Below, one piece after another: positions 49,113 to 62,544 of a stretch of 64,000 bases of DNA; positions within the stretch are counted from its first letter, which is position 1; every line of letters starts with the position of its first letter. The stretch comes from Lophium mytilinum. Its lineage: Eukaryota. The position numbers were made by a program, and so were the translations under genes. The stretch spans positions 141,765-205,764 of the forward strand of contig MU004186.1 in NCBI GenBank assembly GCA_010093605.1. Direction: 5' to 3'. The notes beneath the pieces were generated by a model. It was not told the DNA's origin. It saw only the letters and a list, made by a program, of their open reading frames with translations, and searched no databases.

Positions 49113-49723
49113 AGTTGCTTTTGAGGATGCCTCGTTCGTAGATTGCGAAATGTTGGGTAGTGCGGAGTGGCTTGGCTTGGATATCAAAGTCTTCGAAGAT
49201 GCTTTGAATATGATTTCTTGCACCCCTATCGATGTGTATGTTTCCACGCTTCTACCGTCTATCGATCCAAATTAGCTTTGTGTACGGTATAGCTTATGCG
49301 AGTCTTTGGACTAAATTCGACTTTGGAAGTGCGCGTAAAACATCTCTTGAATCTGGACTTCAACACATTTTTGGTTGAGAGCTGCCTACTGCCTGCCCCT
49401 TCATGACGAATATCAACCCAGCCTTCTCGAAGCTAATAGTACAATAATAGAGAAGACGACAGACCTCCCGCCGAATAATGCCGTACCGAAGTCTCGTAGA
49501 CCCAAAAGAAAATCAGAACCCAAAAAGCACCTATACCCAAATGCACCCAGAGACTCGACGTCCCTGATCGAAAACCGTGACTCCGGGTTGATGCTCAGAC
49601 CGCAATAGCAAAACTCCACCTAGCACCCCTCATCTCGACATGCAAACATAGAAACACCGCCTCGCCCCCACATACCGCCGCTCAAGTTCCGTTGTTGAGC
49701 GGACCCCCCGTCCCAGAATCTGC

Positions 49724-51800
49724 TCAAATCGTAAACCGCCCCTTCCTCCCCCTCTTCTTCGGCGTCTCCACCTCAACGCTCTCACTCGCCGTCCTCTCCC
49801 TCTCCTCCGTCTCACGCCTACTCAGCAACACCTGTCTCAAGCCCCTCTTCCCACCCTTCTTGATACTCCGCTCTTCTTCAGGCTCCACGAACCGGTGAAT
49901 AGTCCTATGATCCAAAACCCGCTCCTCCTTATCCCACTTCCCCTCCCGATCCGTCTTCGGCCACGCGTACCCATACAGCTTAGAGTGCCGCTCGCAGCGC
50001 GGGCACTCGATGCGCGTGTTGTACGCGTCCGCCTGCACGAAGTCGGCGTCGCACGTGCGGCAGCTGACCCAGCGGCTGTACTTGGCGGCGAGGAGGGCCT
50101 TGGTGAGGGTGTAGTCGCCGGGGCGGCGCTGGGAGCTCGAGGCAAGAAAGTCGTCAACGGACTCGAGGTCGAAGGGGAGAGGGGTGGCGGTGCGGAGGCT
50201 GTCGGTGCGGCGGGAGGCGGAGCGGGTGGTGCGGGGGATCAGGGGCGCTTTTAGGGAGACGGAGCGCTTGCGGGCTGTTACCGTCTGAAGGGCGTCGTCT
50301 AGTTCGTAGCTTTCGGAGAGTTCGGAGAGCTCGGATTCCGCGTCGGCGTTTAGCAGGGAGGAGATGGGGATGGCGGTGGGGGAGGCGAGGGGTTGGAGGA
50401 TGGTGGGGATGGCGCCTTTGATGGTGTCGGGGATGGGCTCTTGGGTTCCTGTCATGACAGCGTCGTCTTCGACGGATGTAGCATCGGTCGATTGTGTTGA
50501 TTTTGGGGATTCCGCGGCAGATGGGGTCCGTGGAGTCGTTTGTCGCGAGCTGTCTGCTTCATCTAGGGTCATCGTGAGTAGGCCATCGCGTTGCTGAGTA
50601 CGGATCGCTCTCGAGGCGTTCGTGGTGGGATCCTCGATGCTCGATATTGGTACTTCCTGTCGAAGTGAGGACATGCTGCGCTCTTTCTTTAGTGCTAGGA
50701 ATTTCGAAGGCCGCTTTAATTTTCGTGCGCTGTTTGCGTTCACTGCCAGCGCGGGTGATGCTGGTGTTGAGGTCTGCGGACTCTCGACTCGACGCCGCTT
50801 CCGCCCATCCATGGCAGCTGGGGTCGAGTCCTTGGATGAGCTCTCATTCTCCGTGCCGTATTTCCTCTTCCGCCTCAACATGTAAGCTCCTTCTTCTAAC
50901 ACCTCTTCCAGCACAGCAGTAGCCTCGTCACTGTCATCTTCGTTCTTTACAGGTGCCCATCCATTAGCCAGCTGCCTCTCACACGAAGCGCAAAGACACT
51001 CCTGGTTGTCTTCCCCGAAATAGTTATCACCATACGAAACTGTGATCTCGTCTCCAATCTCAATGTTCTTGACCGAAACAATCTGCATGCCATGCGGCCC
51101 CTTCGTAGAGAGCTTTGCGTTTGCGTCGCAATCATGATTGGCAAACCGCGCCGGGCCCAGAAACAGCGATCGCGTCTTCTTGCGGCTGGACACAACAATG
51201 CTGAAATCCAATCGCGAATCGTCCAGGTCGTCCTCCTCCTTCTCCGTGAGCGCAACCTGAATGCCCGTCAGGTACTTGATCTCCTCGCCCTTCTTAATCT
51301 CCCTCCGGGCCGTGACAGAAGCCTCTTGTGTATCGATTGTGTAACGGTTCGTAGTGGTGACCTCGAATGGGCAATCCGGCATGTATATGTTGACGTACTT
51401 GCGCAAGTGGCGCTGGAAGTGCTCCTTTTCGTCTTTGGTCGACAGGCGCTGGCTGAAGCTGCGGATGCCGGACACCAGTAGCAGTTGCGAGACGGCTTTC
51501 GCGGGATCCTTCTCTAGAATGACAGATTTGCGCAAAATGTCTGCGGGTTCCTCCTCGCGAATGCCGCGCGACGCGGAGTATCGGCTACGGTTCTTACGAA
51601 TGGTGGTCCAGAAATACACCTATGAGAAGCGGCTAGAATCAGTATCGTTGTTCGCGCAAGACGTGGCAGACTTGACAAAACACCAGCGCTTGAGATTGGC
51701 TTACCCGGTCGACCAGCGCATCGGTTATGAGGTCGTCGTAGGAGGCCAGCTGGCTGAGGGTAAGTCCCCCCTTCTTCGCGAGCGCTTCCTTCAGGGCCAT
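49724..51800 (-). CDS. set9: Histone H4K20 methyltransferase Set9; complement(join(49724..51619,51705..51800))
   Basis: LTLSQLASYDDLITDALVDR|VYFWTTIRKN; SET motifs LFLGPARFANHDCDANA and GDEITVSYGDNYFGEDNQECLCASCE; C-terminal CPRCERHSKLYGYAWPKT. Confidence 0.95.
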
Positions 51801-52283
51801 GGTCGCGTCGCGTTCGGAACGTCTACAACGAGAGAGTGCGCAGAGCAAATGTAGAGGGCTGAGTCTGCAGACTAGTAGTGTAGGCGCGAAAGGGGTCGGT
51901 TGGGGTGACGTAGGAGAGGAAACGAGACACAGGGAACCAGGGAAGGGACACGACACGCATGGAGGTCCGGTGAAAGGAAATAAGGACAACACGACGCGCG
52001 AGACAATGAAATAGAGGGACACAAGGAGTGACGGGCACAAGTGGGAACCTGGGGCTCTAGTAGAGGCTCACGGAAGACGCGGTGAAGGTGAGAAGGCTGA
52101 GCGGCTGCTAGATGCCACCCTTGCTCGAGTAAGAGGCCGAGCCCTGTCGAGTTGCCCTGCCGCGCGACGGCGGAGCTTTGCATGCAGAGCCGCGAACCCT
52201 TCGCCCGTCAGTACCACCACCGACCATCCCATCCCATCTCCAGGCCACCCGGCCAGAGACCATCAGCGAGGACGCCGGACAGC

Positions 52284-52893
52284 ATGATCCAGCTCAAGGT
52301 ACGCAGCCAGCGCATCATGGCATAGGAGACGCAATGCCCCACCACCCATATCCATATCACATCAGCCACTGACCGCTCTATCTTTATCCAGACCCTCGTC
52401 AACTGCATCGACAACTCGGGCGCCGCCATTGTCGAGTGCGTCAACGTCCTGCGATCCAAGAGACCCGCCAAAGTTGGTGCGTGAGCTGCTTTGCCTCTTG
52501 TCGACGCCGAATTCCGCCCACCACACTACCCGCACCACCGTAAATGTCGATTCGAACCAGAACTTTGCTGACTTAGCATATTCAGGAGATCGCATAGTAG
52601 TCGTCGTACAGAAGCAGCGGAATTTCGGCCCTGAGTCCGGCCCCGGTGGCGCTGTCTCCATCAGCGCAGCGAACAAAGTACGGCGTGGTGACATACGGCA
52701 TGCCGTCGTGGTTCGGACAGCGAAGAAGTACCAGCGGCCGGACGGGAGTGTTGTCAAGTTCGACGACAATGCGTGTGTGTTAATCAACAAGGCCGGGGAG
52801 CCCATCGGGACGAGGTTGAACGGCATCGTGGCTGCCGAGCTGCGGGAGAAGAAGTGGTCGAAGATTCTATCACTGGCACCGATGCATCTATAG
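52284..52893 (+). CDS. MRPL38: Mitochondrial ribosomal protein uL14m; join(52284..52298,52392..52476,52586..52893)
   Basis: [24 protein letters not shown]...[10 protein letters not shown]...[22 protein letters not shown], the uL14 signature. Confidence 0.93.
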
Positions 52894-53207
52894 GCGGAAG
52901 AGGGGTTGCAGGGGAGGACGATCAATTGTATATCAACTGTACTACGAGGATATGAGAGCCGTTCCCACAAATCCTGGTTTAATTGAGGGTTCTACGTGAC
53001 AGCTAGGGCGAAGGCACCCAGAGCTCAATATCGTAAAACTCCCACCGGACCACATCATCGCAGACCTTGTGCTACAATTGCTGCTGATCTAGGGGTATCC
53101 CAGCCGAGAACTCCAGCTCCAAGAAAATTTGTCATGGAACAGTATCAAACGCCATCCCAATGCCCATTTTTGTGCGCCAGCCATGCACATCCGCTGGATC
53201 CATGAAA

Positions 53208-54012
53208 TCACTGCCACACGTTGCCGCATCCGCAACATACATAGTATAATTTCTAAAGGTGAAAGTTGTGAGCAAAATGGTGAGGAATAGGGTAGACCAG
53301 ATCCGTACCATTCCGGTTTCGGCAGTCCGCTGCTGAGACTGGAAGAAGACGGCCTCCGGCTCGCCGCAAGAAGGACAAGGCTTCTGAATCCGAGGCAGCT
53401 ATAGTCGCAAGAAAGAATAAAGTTAGCCAAGCAAGCCCAAAGTGAGCAAAACAAGCAACGAACGAACGAACGTGCAAGCCTGCTCAAGACTTTGAGGAGT
53501 GCTTGTCATCCTGCTGCTTGGAGGTGGACGCAGATTGTGGGTTGTTCTCCGTCATGGACATGTCATCGTAGTCATCAGCTTCCATGTAGAAGCCTCCGTC
53601 CGACTCTTGGCCACAGATCTCGCAGAAGATCTCCTGTCCACACATTGTGCAAAACCCAGGGATGGTTTCGGAAAGAGAGGCGTCGGAAAGAGATTCGGAG
53701 AGACCAACCGTTGGGTCCTGGCCGACGTCCTGGGTGATGCCGGCAGTGTCGCCAACCGTGGAGGCGATCTCGTGGCGCATAACGCAGGCGGAGGGGGCTG
53801 GTTCGGTGAAAGAACAGGTGCGGCAGGCGAAGAGCAGGCGGTTGTTCTCCTTGTCCTCCTTGGGGAAGAGGAGGTTCGAGCTGCAGGCGGTTAGCGACGT
53901 GCTTGGGCAAGTGAGGCGCAAGGAAGACAGACCATTCGGAGCAGAAGCGGAAGAGGATCTTCTTGGACGCTTCTCCGCCCATGTTAGAGTCAGCTGGGGA
54001 CGCGGCGGCCAT
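53208..54012 (-). CDS. RPB9: RNA polymerase II subunit Rpb9; complement(join(53208..53252,53309..53398,53709..53880,53933..54012))
   Basis: [29 protein letters not shown]...DVGQDPT|LPRIQKPCPSCGEPEAVFFQSQQRTAETGM|KLYYVCCGCGNVWQ: both zinc ribbons are present. Confidence 0.95.
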
Positions 54013-54534
54013 GGTTCCGTGATGGTGGGGTGGTAAGTTGTGTACTTGGGCGATGGGTTCGGGGTTTGTCTTGGTGGTGAGGGCTTGCAGGACGAGATCA
54101 GCGTATGGGTCTGTCTAGGCTGCGGGTGCTGGAGAGTGGAGTGGGGAAAGCTACAAGAGTGTTGAGGACGAGGTAGGCTTTTTGAAGAAGGCGAACCGAT
54201 TCCCAGGTGACTTCCAGCAGAGCAACCGCTAGTTCCGCAAGCGGTTAACAGCTGCGTTTTGTTTAGTTCCGTACGCTGAGTCATCGCTCATCACCGCAGC
54301 GATGCTGCGCGTGACTTGCCTCGTCGTGAAAACCCCGCCAAATCGCGACTGCCCCAGTAACGGCCCCGGATTTCGCAGCCGGCTTGTGAGCCCTCCTCTG
54401 TCAACAACGACTACAACCCACCACGCACGACGCTCCATCACCTGCAATTCGACACCTCTCTACCCCTCAACGCTCGGCCTTGCTCACTGACCTTGAGCCA
54501 TATTCGCACGTATCACCGTTGACTCACCGCAATA

Positions 54535-55282
54535 ATGGTCAGTGGCTGTGCACGTTCTCTGCCGTGCCAACTTGTGGCCGCAGCCGTTGATTGAAGACTC
54601 ACACTGCCTCTACAGGAAGAATCGGGGCTTCCACCCTCATGGGAGGTCCGCCGGTCCAATACCAAGAACCTGCCCTACTACTTCTGCCCCGATACCAAGG
54701 AGTCGCGATGGGAGCCGCCGGCCGACACAGACCCCGAGAAGCTGAAGCTGTTCATGGCCAAGTTCCATAGCTCCAAAAACCTCAATGCAGAGCGCCCTGG
54801 AGGTCAGGAGGGCAAGATTCGAGCCGCACATCTGCTAGTGAAACACTACGGCAGCCGACGCCCCGCCAGCTGGCGCGAAGCCAAAATTACCCGCACCAAG
54901 GAGGAGGCCATGAGTATCATCCTGGGCCACGAGGCACGCATTCGCGCCGGGTCTGTATCGCTGGGAGACCTGGCCACGACCGAGTCCGATTGCAGCAGTG
55001 CGCGCAAGCGGGGTGACTTGTATGTTGGATCTGCCATATCGACTCGTTGGGCATCGATATGCTAACAGACGTGTAGGGGCTTCTTCGGCCGGGGCGATAT
55101 GCAAAAGGAGTTTGAGGATGCCTCGTTCGCGCTCAAACCTGGCGAGGTCAGCCAGGTGGTCGAAACAGCGTCAGGGCTGCACCTGATAGAGAGGTAAGAC
55201 TCCGCATGTTTGGGACTCAATAGACTTGGCCCACGTGGCCGAGCCCGTGCTGACGTCCTCCTCTTCAAATAGGCTCGAGTAG
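54535..55282 (+). CDS. ESS1: Parvulin peptidyl-prolyl isomerase Ess1/Pin1 (WW + PPIase); join(54535..54537,54616..55019,55077..55193,55273..55282)
   Basis: WW domain [20 protein letters not shown]...SRWEPP; PPIase [57 protein letters not shown]. The first coding exon is the ATG alone. Confidence 0.95.
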
Positions 55283-56468
55283 GTCTTCGGGAGGGGTTTA
55301 TTTTTGGCGTCTGGTTCTTTATGCGAGGCAGTCCAAACCGGTCTGGGGCCGTGTCTAGGCTCAGATAAAAGGCATGTCCCTCGAGTGCACGAGGGGATGA
55401 GGTTGGTCGACGTTGGTCAACGTGGCTCGACAAGATAAGCCTGCAAATCGAAGAAGTGTTTCGACATGGGTCTCGGAAAATGAAATGGCTCATCATCTGC
55501 ATATGCAGTTACGGAAGCTGCGGCCTCATTGTGACGTTTGTCAAACGATGCTGCTTAACTGGCCCATCATTATGCTGTCATCTGACTGATAGGTCCAGGA
55601 CCAAATGTTCCATAGTTTTCTATGCTTGTGCTACGGAAGCGCGAGCCTTCAATTTCTACTGATGGTCATAGATATATCTCTAGGCCGTGAGCCTCGAGGC
55701 TTCATAGTCCTCCCAGCAACAGGACAAATCACCACGAAAGGTAGTCGCGCTTTCCACTTCATCCGTTCGTTCATTCTCTCTCCAACTCTTGTCTACGTCG
55801 CCCATCTCGAAAGATTCTCGAATCCCTGCGCGGGCTTGCCTGCCATCTTGCAGGTATTCGCGTCCACCTACCTCAGTCAGGCATCCCGGCGAACCTCCGC
55901 CGGAACGCAGTCGAATGAGGGGACTAAACTAAGACCTGGGCCTATTCTCGTCACGACCATAGGTCGCACGTTTCAAGTTGGTCTAGACACTCAACGGTCC
56001 CACTCCTCGACCAAACCCCGCCCGTTGCCTTCTGCCAAGCCTGCGCAGAACGTCAAATACGGTCAGGTCATATCGGATTCAAGAAACGCGTCAGGTCATC
56101 ATCCTAGTCTTTGCAGTTACTGGACGGTGTCGGCAACATTTGAATACACTTAACCGCGATCCAATCCGCTGCCTGCGCTTCGATCCTTGTCTCCGAGGGA
56201 AGCTAAGCCTTGACATTCTTAAGCTGCAGCTCTGATCCCCAGATTTCCAGACTCCAGTATTGACTGTCCAGGGAGCTACTATCTAGCAACAACTTTACTT
56301 ACACCTCTTTCTGCATACTCGAGTGTGCTTCTGACTCCGCTTCTCCCACTCCTCAACTCGCTACCTGATTGTCATCAGGCCGACTATTTACGTCTTAGAT
56401 TGCTCTATCTTTGTTCAAGTATATTCTCCGACCTCGAGCCATTGCCAAACGCAGCCACCAGAGACGCC

Positions 56469-57365
56469 ATGCCCGCCGTGCCCCTTCTCCAAGGCAAAGG
56501 CCTTCTCAAGGGCAAAGACTTGGTATACGCCTCCCCGGAAGGATTCAGGGCTCCAGAAAAGCGTGGACGAAAGCCCATTCGCTGCCTGTCATTCAACTCT
56601 ACTATCCCACAAGTCCCTATGGTCGAGGCCCTAAGGACAGCTTGCCCCCGAAACGGCGATGCCTTCAGTTATAATCCAGTCCATCTATCAGTCTGGTACA
56701 TGCCTGAAAGCCTCTGGGCTCGCTTGCCCACTCGACTTACCGCCAGCATCGCGGCAGTACAACACGCTGGTGCAGCCGTCTTCACCGGCTTTGAAAGGCT
56801 CGAAGGTCTTGGAGAGGCCCTCTCTCCTAGCGAGAACGCTGAAGACGACTTCGTCCCCGTTCCCGGCACCATTAAGCCCCGCGGTCTCAGCACCATCACC
56901 ATCTCCTCCAACGACTCCGAGGCCTCAGCAACGAGCTCTCTCGCATCCTCAATAGTTTCTACCCCCCTGTCCACGCCTTGCCTTTTCTCAATGCCAGTCT
57001 CACCTTTTTCTCTGTCATCACCCTTCACCTTCGAGAAGTCTATTTCAAAGCATCACGGCCAGCATCACGGCCGCCATCACGAACGCTCCTACACCACCCC
57101 AATGGAGCCGGACATGGCGTACTACACGCTCGAGCTCTCCCACCTGCGCACCGAGTCGCTGCCGCACCTGCGCCATGCGATCCGCGTGGTCGACAGGGAG
57201 CTGAACGAGAGCAAGCGGCTGGTCGAGCTTGACGAGGATACCCTGGAGCAGTTCGAGGGCTGGTGGGCCAAGAAGAAGGCGACGGCCATCGGGCTCGACC
57301 AGAAGGGCCTGGCGCTCAGCATCCAGCGCGGCATACCGACCAATGGCCTCGGCTGGTCGGCGTGA
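56469..57365 (+). CDS. Hypothetical fungal protein (likely start MPAVPLLQ)
   Basis: Long ORF with coding-like codon use; ordered-looking blocks (YNPVHLSVWYMPESLWARLP; YYTLELSHLRTESLPHLRH) flank a Ser-rich linker. Confidence 0.7.
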   Translation: MPAVPLLQGKGLLKGKDLVYASPEGFRAPEKRGRKPIRCLSFNSTIPQVPMVEALRTACPRNGDAFSYNPVHLSVWYMPESLWARLPTRLTASIAAVQHAGAAVFTGFERLEGLGEALSPSENAEDDFVPVPGTIKPRGLSTITISSNDSEASATSSLASSIVSTPLSTPCLFSMPVSPFSLSSPFTFEKSISKHHGQHHGRHHERSYTTPMEPDMAYYTLELSHLRTESLPHLRHAIRVVDRELNESKRLVELDEDTLEQFEGWWAKKKATAIGLDQKGLALSIQRGIPTNGLGWSA

Positions 57366-58716
57366 GGGCTAGTGAGGAGCTGTGGACAGGTCGAGGAGCC
57401 GTACGACGCGTTGTTTACGACTGTAGAAAAACTGGGGAGGTTAGATTGGGCGGAGATCGTGGTCAAGAGGCGCGATGATCTGGATTCAACATCTGGGTGT
57501 CTAGCAGGGTTATGTTTGTAGGATGTGTGTTTTTGTTTTCTTGGAAACTTCAGTCATTTATTTCTGTCTGGAGCGTTGCACGCCGATCGGTTCGATGGAC
57601 CGAGAGATTGTTGACGCGTTGAAAAGCGGTTGTTTTTTGGTTAGTAGCAGTGTATGGTTTACTTATGTAACATTTATTGTGTGCGAGCGGGTGTTTTGGG
57701 GGGAAAGGGTACTTCTCTTTGGTCTGATATCAACACAGCCTAAGACACGTACCTCTGAGCTCGCGCTTTATCATATCAGTAGTTTGGTTTAGTCAATTTA
57801 CCATACTTCACTCACTACATATTTAATGCTTCCTCTCTCCTAACGTATGAACGTGCTCTCATCGCGTTATTCAACCCAGTTTCCCTTCTCCTCACGCTTC
57901 CATCGCCCATCTCACACCCCCCCTCCACACCCGTGTCGTCCCCGCCAAGGCTCCCCAATCCAGCCACAAGAACCAAAAAACAAAAGTCATCCACGCCACC
58001 GCGCATTATGCCGCGATCTTCACGGCCCGCCTCATACGGTAGCTCGACGCGCGACGGACTTTTCCACGCCCGCGACGGACTTCCAAGCTTCTGGAAGGGG
58101 TGGACTCTAATCATCAGTTCATGCCCTCAGATCTCCGAACCCTATCTTCGCCCCATCTCGGCCGGTTGTACGGGACCTCAGTCCGGGATTCCCGAATCCG
58201 GGGTCTAGCGAGCGGGAGCAGCGGGTACCTTCGGGCGTGGGAAGCGAGTATCGCGAGACATTGGAGGGGGGGCGGGGGGGTGGAGGCTAGTGCGGGATGG
58301 GTGGGGCGGGATAGGGGAGATCACGGAAGAGGTGGACTAGGGGGTAGAGTTGGAAGGTGGAGGCCAGGGTGGGTAAAAATGGGGGGAGGGTTCGCGGAGG
58401 AGATGTTTGGTGGGTTGGAGGTTGGAGTGGAAGCGAGTTCCGAGCCGGAGACTTGGTGTTGTGTGTACTCTTCACGGGAGGGGAGATGGGGAGGATTCAC
58501 GCGTATGGATGGGGCCTATAACGACAGTGAGAACTGCGGCATACGATGATGTGCCAGAAATCTTGATGTACCGGGGATAAGGAGACACTGAAGTGAGGCG
58601 AGAAGGAAAACATCTAACAGAGGTCGGTACCAGGCTTGGATGCTAGTTGCGTTGCTTAGCGCTTGTAGCTGCAGTGGACGGTGCCGACGGCATATCCTAT
58701 ATGGGAGTGTGCTTCC

Positions 58717-58957
58717 GGGAACCATGATATGATGATATCGATAGAAGGATCAAGGAATATGAAGATAAACTAGTATGCATACCAACAGCAACAAGAAAGC
58801 ATGCATATTAATAAAAATAAGGAAGTACGCTATTAGTCACGGTACAGAAGTGTGTTTGAGAGGTACTTGCGGGAAACATGATATGATACTATCGACAGAA
58901 GGATCAAGGATTATGAGGATAGATTAGTATGTGTATCAAGGGCAACAAGGAAATACG
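58717..58957. repeat. Diverged two-copy direct repeat, period ~154 bp
   Basis: GGGAA.CATGATATGAT...ATCGA.AGAAGGATCAAGGA.TATGA.GATA...TAGTAT...GCAACAAG at ~58717 and ~58871. Confidence 0.75.
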
Positions 58958-59492
58958 TTGTTGGTCACCTTGCAGAAGTGCCAGGCTGTAGTTTAGGATA
59001 CTTGAGACGATGCTGAGCGGACAACTTCGCAGAACCGGAATAACGGAATACCTTTTTGGCTTCTTTGAATATACTGGTACTAAGCGATAGCAATGCTAGG
59101 CCGTTAAGCCTTCAACCTGCATGCATAGGTTTCATGTTCAATGCTCAAGCCTTACCACTCCCATGCCAAATGCAATTCTTGCACCCGTTGCGAGATGAAA
59201 TCCATCCGCACGAGTAGAATGCAAATATAGCAGCCTCTTCTCCTTCCATGCAAAAAGAACTTATAACTCCCAAACGCCAGTCCTTCCGTTTTCGACCCGT
59301 GGGTTCCAAACTCCTATATGCAGCACCAAAAGACCCTCCAATTCTCGTGTAGGGGTAACAACACCGTCCTACTCAAAGCGGACCATCGCGGTCGGTAAAA
59401 GCCGTTTTCGAGAAATCGCATCAAGGCACAACCAGCAGCATAACCACTAATCCTCCTCTTGAAAGTATTTCAACACCCTTCTTCGCACCACA

Positions 59493-60012
59493 CTATTGCA
59501 ACTCATACACCTCCAGCGCCTTCTCCAAGTCAGCCAGACTCATGCGATCCCCATACGAGTCCATGAGGTGCTGGTTCCGTTCCTGCTGCTTGTCCCGCCG
59601 CGCGGCCGGCGGCAGGTGTCCGTGGTTGTGCTCCTCGAGTGCGTTCGCAACGGCGAAGCCTGCTCCTGCGTCAGATGTTGAGGGAGACCCTCGGAGGGGT
59701 GAAATGGGGCTGGAGAGCCAACCGGCGGCAACTAGGGCACAGGCCGGCAGATACCTGTATGGAGGTTTAGTAAATAGAGCTTGGATAGTGACTAAAAGGA
59801 GAAAAGAAAGAAGGGAATCGAATCAATGGAATGTCAAGTACTTACCATCGGCCTATCTTCCCAACTTTGGGCACTTTAGGTGCGGATGTAGGGGTGTGGG
59901 TGGGGATATGCGAGGCGGGATTATAGGAGGTATGGAACTGCGGCGGCGCAGGATAAACGCGGGCGGCAGTGGAAATGGGTCGGCGGAATTGGGGAGGAGG
60001 TGTAAGTGGCAT
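59493..60012 (-). CDS. Small hypothetical protein; complement(join(59493..59754,59846..60012)), with a possible extra intron near 59663-59723
   Basis: MPLTPPPQF...KIGRW|YLPACALVAAG...RNQHLMDSYGDRMSLADLEKALEVYELQ*; canonical GTAAGT...CTAAAC...CAG intron in phase. Confidence 0.7.
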
Positions 60013-61211
60013 GACTACTGATTGAAATGGGTGATTCAAAAAAGGGAGTCTCGTTGCGATGGAAAACGTGTTGTTCAGATCTTTCGATATCCGAGGCCTC
60101 GGTGCAGGGGATGAGAAAGGTTGTGAAGCACTTGAAAGTGATGGCAAGAACTTCAAAAGTGAGTTTTTCAAGCGGAAGATGTGAGAGGGTCAACTATAAA
60201 GCTTGATGTATGAGTGGTAAAGCGGGACGTATACACGACTGCTTGGTGCGCTGTCTACTATATGAAATACCGCGAGACAGCAGGCTGGTAGGTGGTATGC
60301 TCGTGCTAGCCGATGCAGATCCGCGGCCGAGCAGGTGATGGACCATCTGCACACCATGGCACCACCCGTTGCCCAGCGCCCCGCAAGGAGTGGCGTACAT
60401 ACCCGCTCCCGAGAGCCTCGCAGGCTATTGGACAGGACAGGGCTGTATCCGTAACGTTTTCGTGTTTTGTCCTATGTTCTTAGCCTATGAGCTGGCGCCG
60501 AAGTCGTGCACGTTGATCTGTGTATCCTTTCACGATATTGAAGGTGTTCTATTGGACTTCAATCAGCTTCCGCGTAAGAGAGTTGATATTGCCGGGGATG
60601 TGATCGAGTGATCTGTCATCATAATGCGGGGTGGAGATTCGACGGTTGGGTGACGGTGGGGTGAGAAAGGGGCTGTCACCTGGTTGGGCAGGGCTGAGCT
60701 GTCCGGGTCCTACCGACACCATTGCCGACTGCGACCCGAGAGCTCTTCTGACCACTGGTGATCCTAGTGTTCGGTCACGATGTTTGTTGTATGTGCTGCT
60801 CGATAGAATAGAATATAGTAGAGGCTTGACTATGCAGTCCTCTAGAGGCTCCGTGTCACTGCAAGGTTGAAAGTCCGTCGGTCTTCTAGAGGCCTCCCAA
60901 CAGCAGCAAAGAAATGCAACTCATGCTATCATGACATGCCGTCGCTTTCAAGAAGATATTCACGTTTCCCGGACCTAATTTTTGCATGGGCCTGCATCTC
61001 GAAACTAGGTCCTCCGTTACAGTTCACTTCAATTTTGCAGGAGGTTGTAAAAGGCATTCAGCCTTGATACATACAGCAAAAATAGATCCACTATCGACCT
61101 ATCTAGCCATATAGTTTGCACGTATAGAGGTGATACACTAGCCATATTATGATGAAGTAACTCAAGAAGCGCAAAAAGTTCGCAGCGTCTCTACGTGACG
61201 CAGCAAAATTG

Positions 61212-61310
61212 TAGTCCCACTGGGGATCGAACCCAGGACCTTTCGCGGACCTTCGCACTTGTAGCACGTCGGAATGTGAGGCGAACGTCATACCACTAGA
61301 CCATAGGACT
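61212..61310 (-). tRNA. tRNA-Val(CAC) with a 27-nt intron (61248-61274)
   Basis: Cloverleaf AGTCCTA TG GTCTAGTGGTATGAC G TTCGC CT-CAC-A [intron] C GCGAA AGGTC CTGGG TTCGATC CCCAG TGGGACT A; A and B boxes intact. Confidence 0.95.
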
Positions 61311-62544
61311 TTGATTGGTGTGAAAATTAGAGCGTATATAGACCAGTATGTTGAAAAAGCGGAGAAAGTTTTGAGATTTCAACCAATAAGATTTCCTGTG
61401 CCCATTCCGTTTCTGAAATGGTGAACAGACTACCTTTTGTAACGTCAACAGGCCGTAGAAAGGTACTACTGCGTGAGCAAGTAAATCAGTTCAAGGCCGT
61501 GCACTGCCAGGAATAAGACTATTTCCTTATCCGCGCTCGATTCCCACAGACATTCGCAGAATGCTCGAACTCTCGAACGGAAGAGAACGTGTGTTAGTGT
61601 GGATATGCGCCGAGACGAAGCTTCAGACAAAAATGCTCTATCGTTCGAATATTTCAGCTTTAGCTGGTTGGTGTTCCCCACTCCCGAGCATCCTTGAAAA
61701 TCAAAACTCCTGGTTGCTACCAGCATCCCATCATCCGTTCATATGCACACATCCATTAAGCCGGTTTGCATCGCTTCCAGAGTAGCAGCAGTCTGACACC
61801 GTTTGAGGTGGCCCGCAAGGCCCTCAGCCTTGTCGACGTTGTCCTTTTCCGAACCTTCACAACGTACTAGGGGACCTCAAGCGGTACTAGACAAGTGTAA
61901 AGAAAGCGTAAAGGTATCGTGTTGCTTAAGTATGTCACTGCAACTCTTATTGTTCGAAGTATCAATTGGTTGGACGTTTAGAGTATCAACGACGTAGAGC
62001 CAACTAAACTCGTTTTGAGAATATCATGCTAAGAAAAGGTTTTTGTGAATGGATGATAGTAGCTTTGGTTACCTCATTTTTTCACTCTCTGTTTTATTTT
62101 AATCCATTCATGAAGCGCTTAATGGCCATCATGTTTGGGCCCATGGCTCAAAATTGGATACAACTCCATTCAAGCCTCTTACTCGCCTCTGTCGATGACG
62201 GAATGCCGCCGTCTGAGGCGCTCCAGCTCATTGAAAATATCACAACGTGATGTGAAACTCCACACGTCATGAATAGGCTTCCCTGCGAGCTAATATCATT
62301 CACGCTGTCCGTACCACTCCGCTCGTTTTGAGACTTCAGCACAATTCCCGCGTCAGACAACTTGAAAAACTATTGCCATCAACACCTGATTTCAGTGGCA
62401 CGTAACTTGAGATTATGATACATAGAATGGACCGAATTAGATCTCGGATACGCCATAGACTCCGCTGGAAAGATACAATAGTGAGAGTTTGGGCACTCCC
62501 TGCAACTGCTTGGAGCATCCCGACAGACTCTAGAAACTCCGGAT

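Noticed and set aside
48186..49247. 353-aa minus-strand ORF
   Set aside because: It is antisense to the pol4 catalytic domain; a codon-bias artefact.
57815..58549. Possible gene in the purine/pyrimidine-skewed region
   Set aside because: No consistent ORF or splice model and no recognisable motif.
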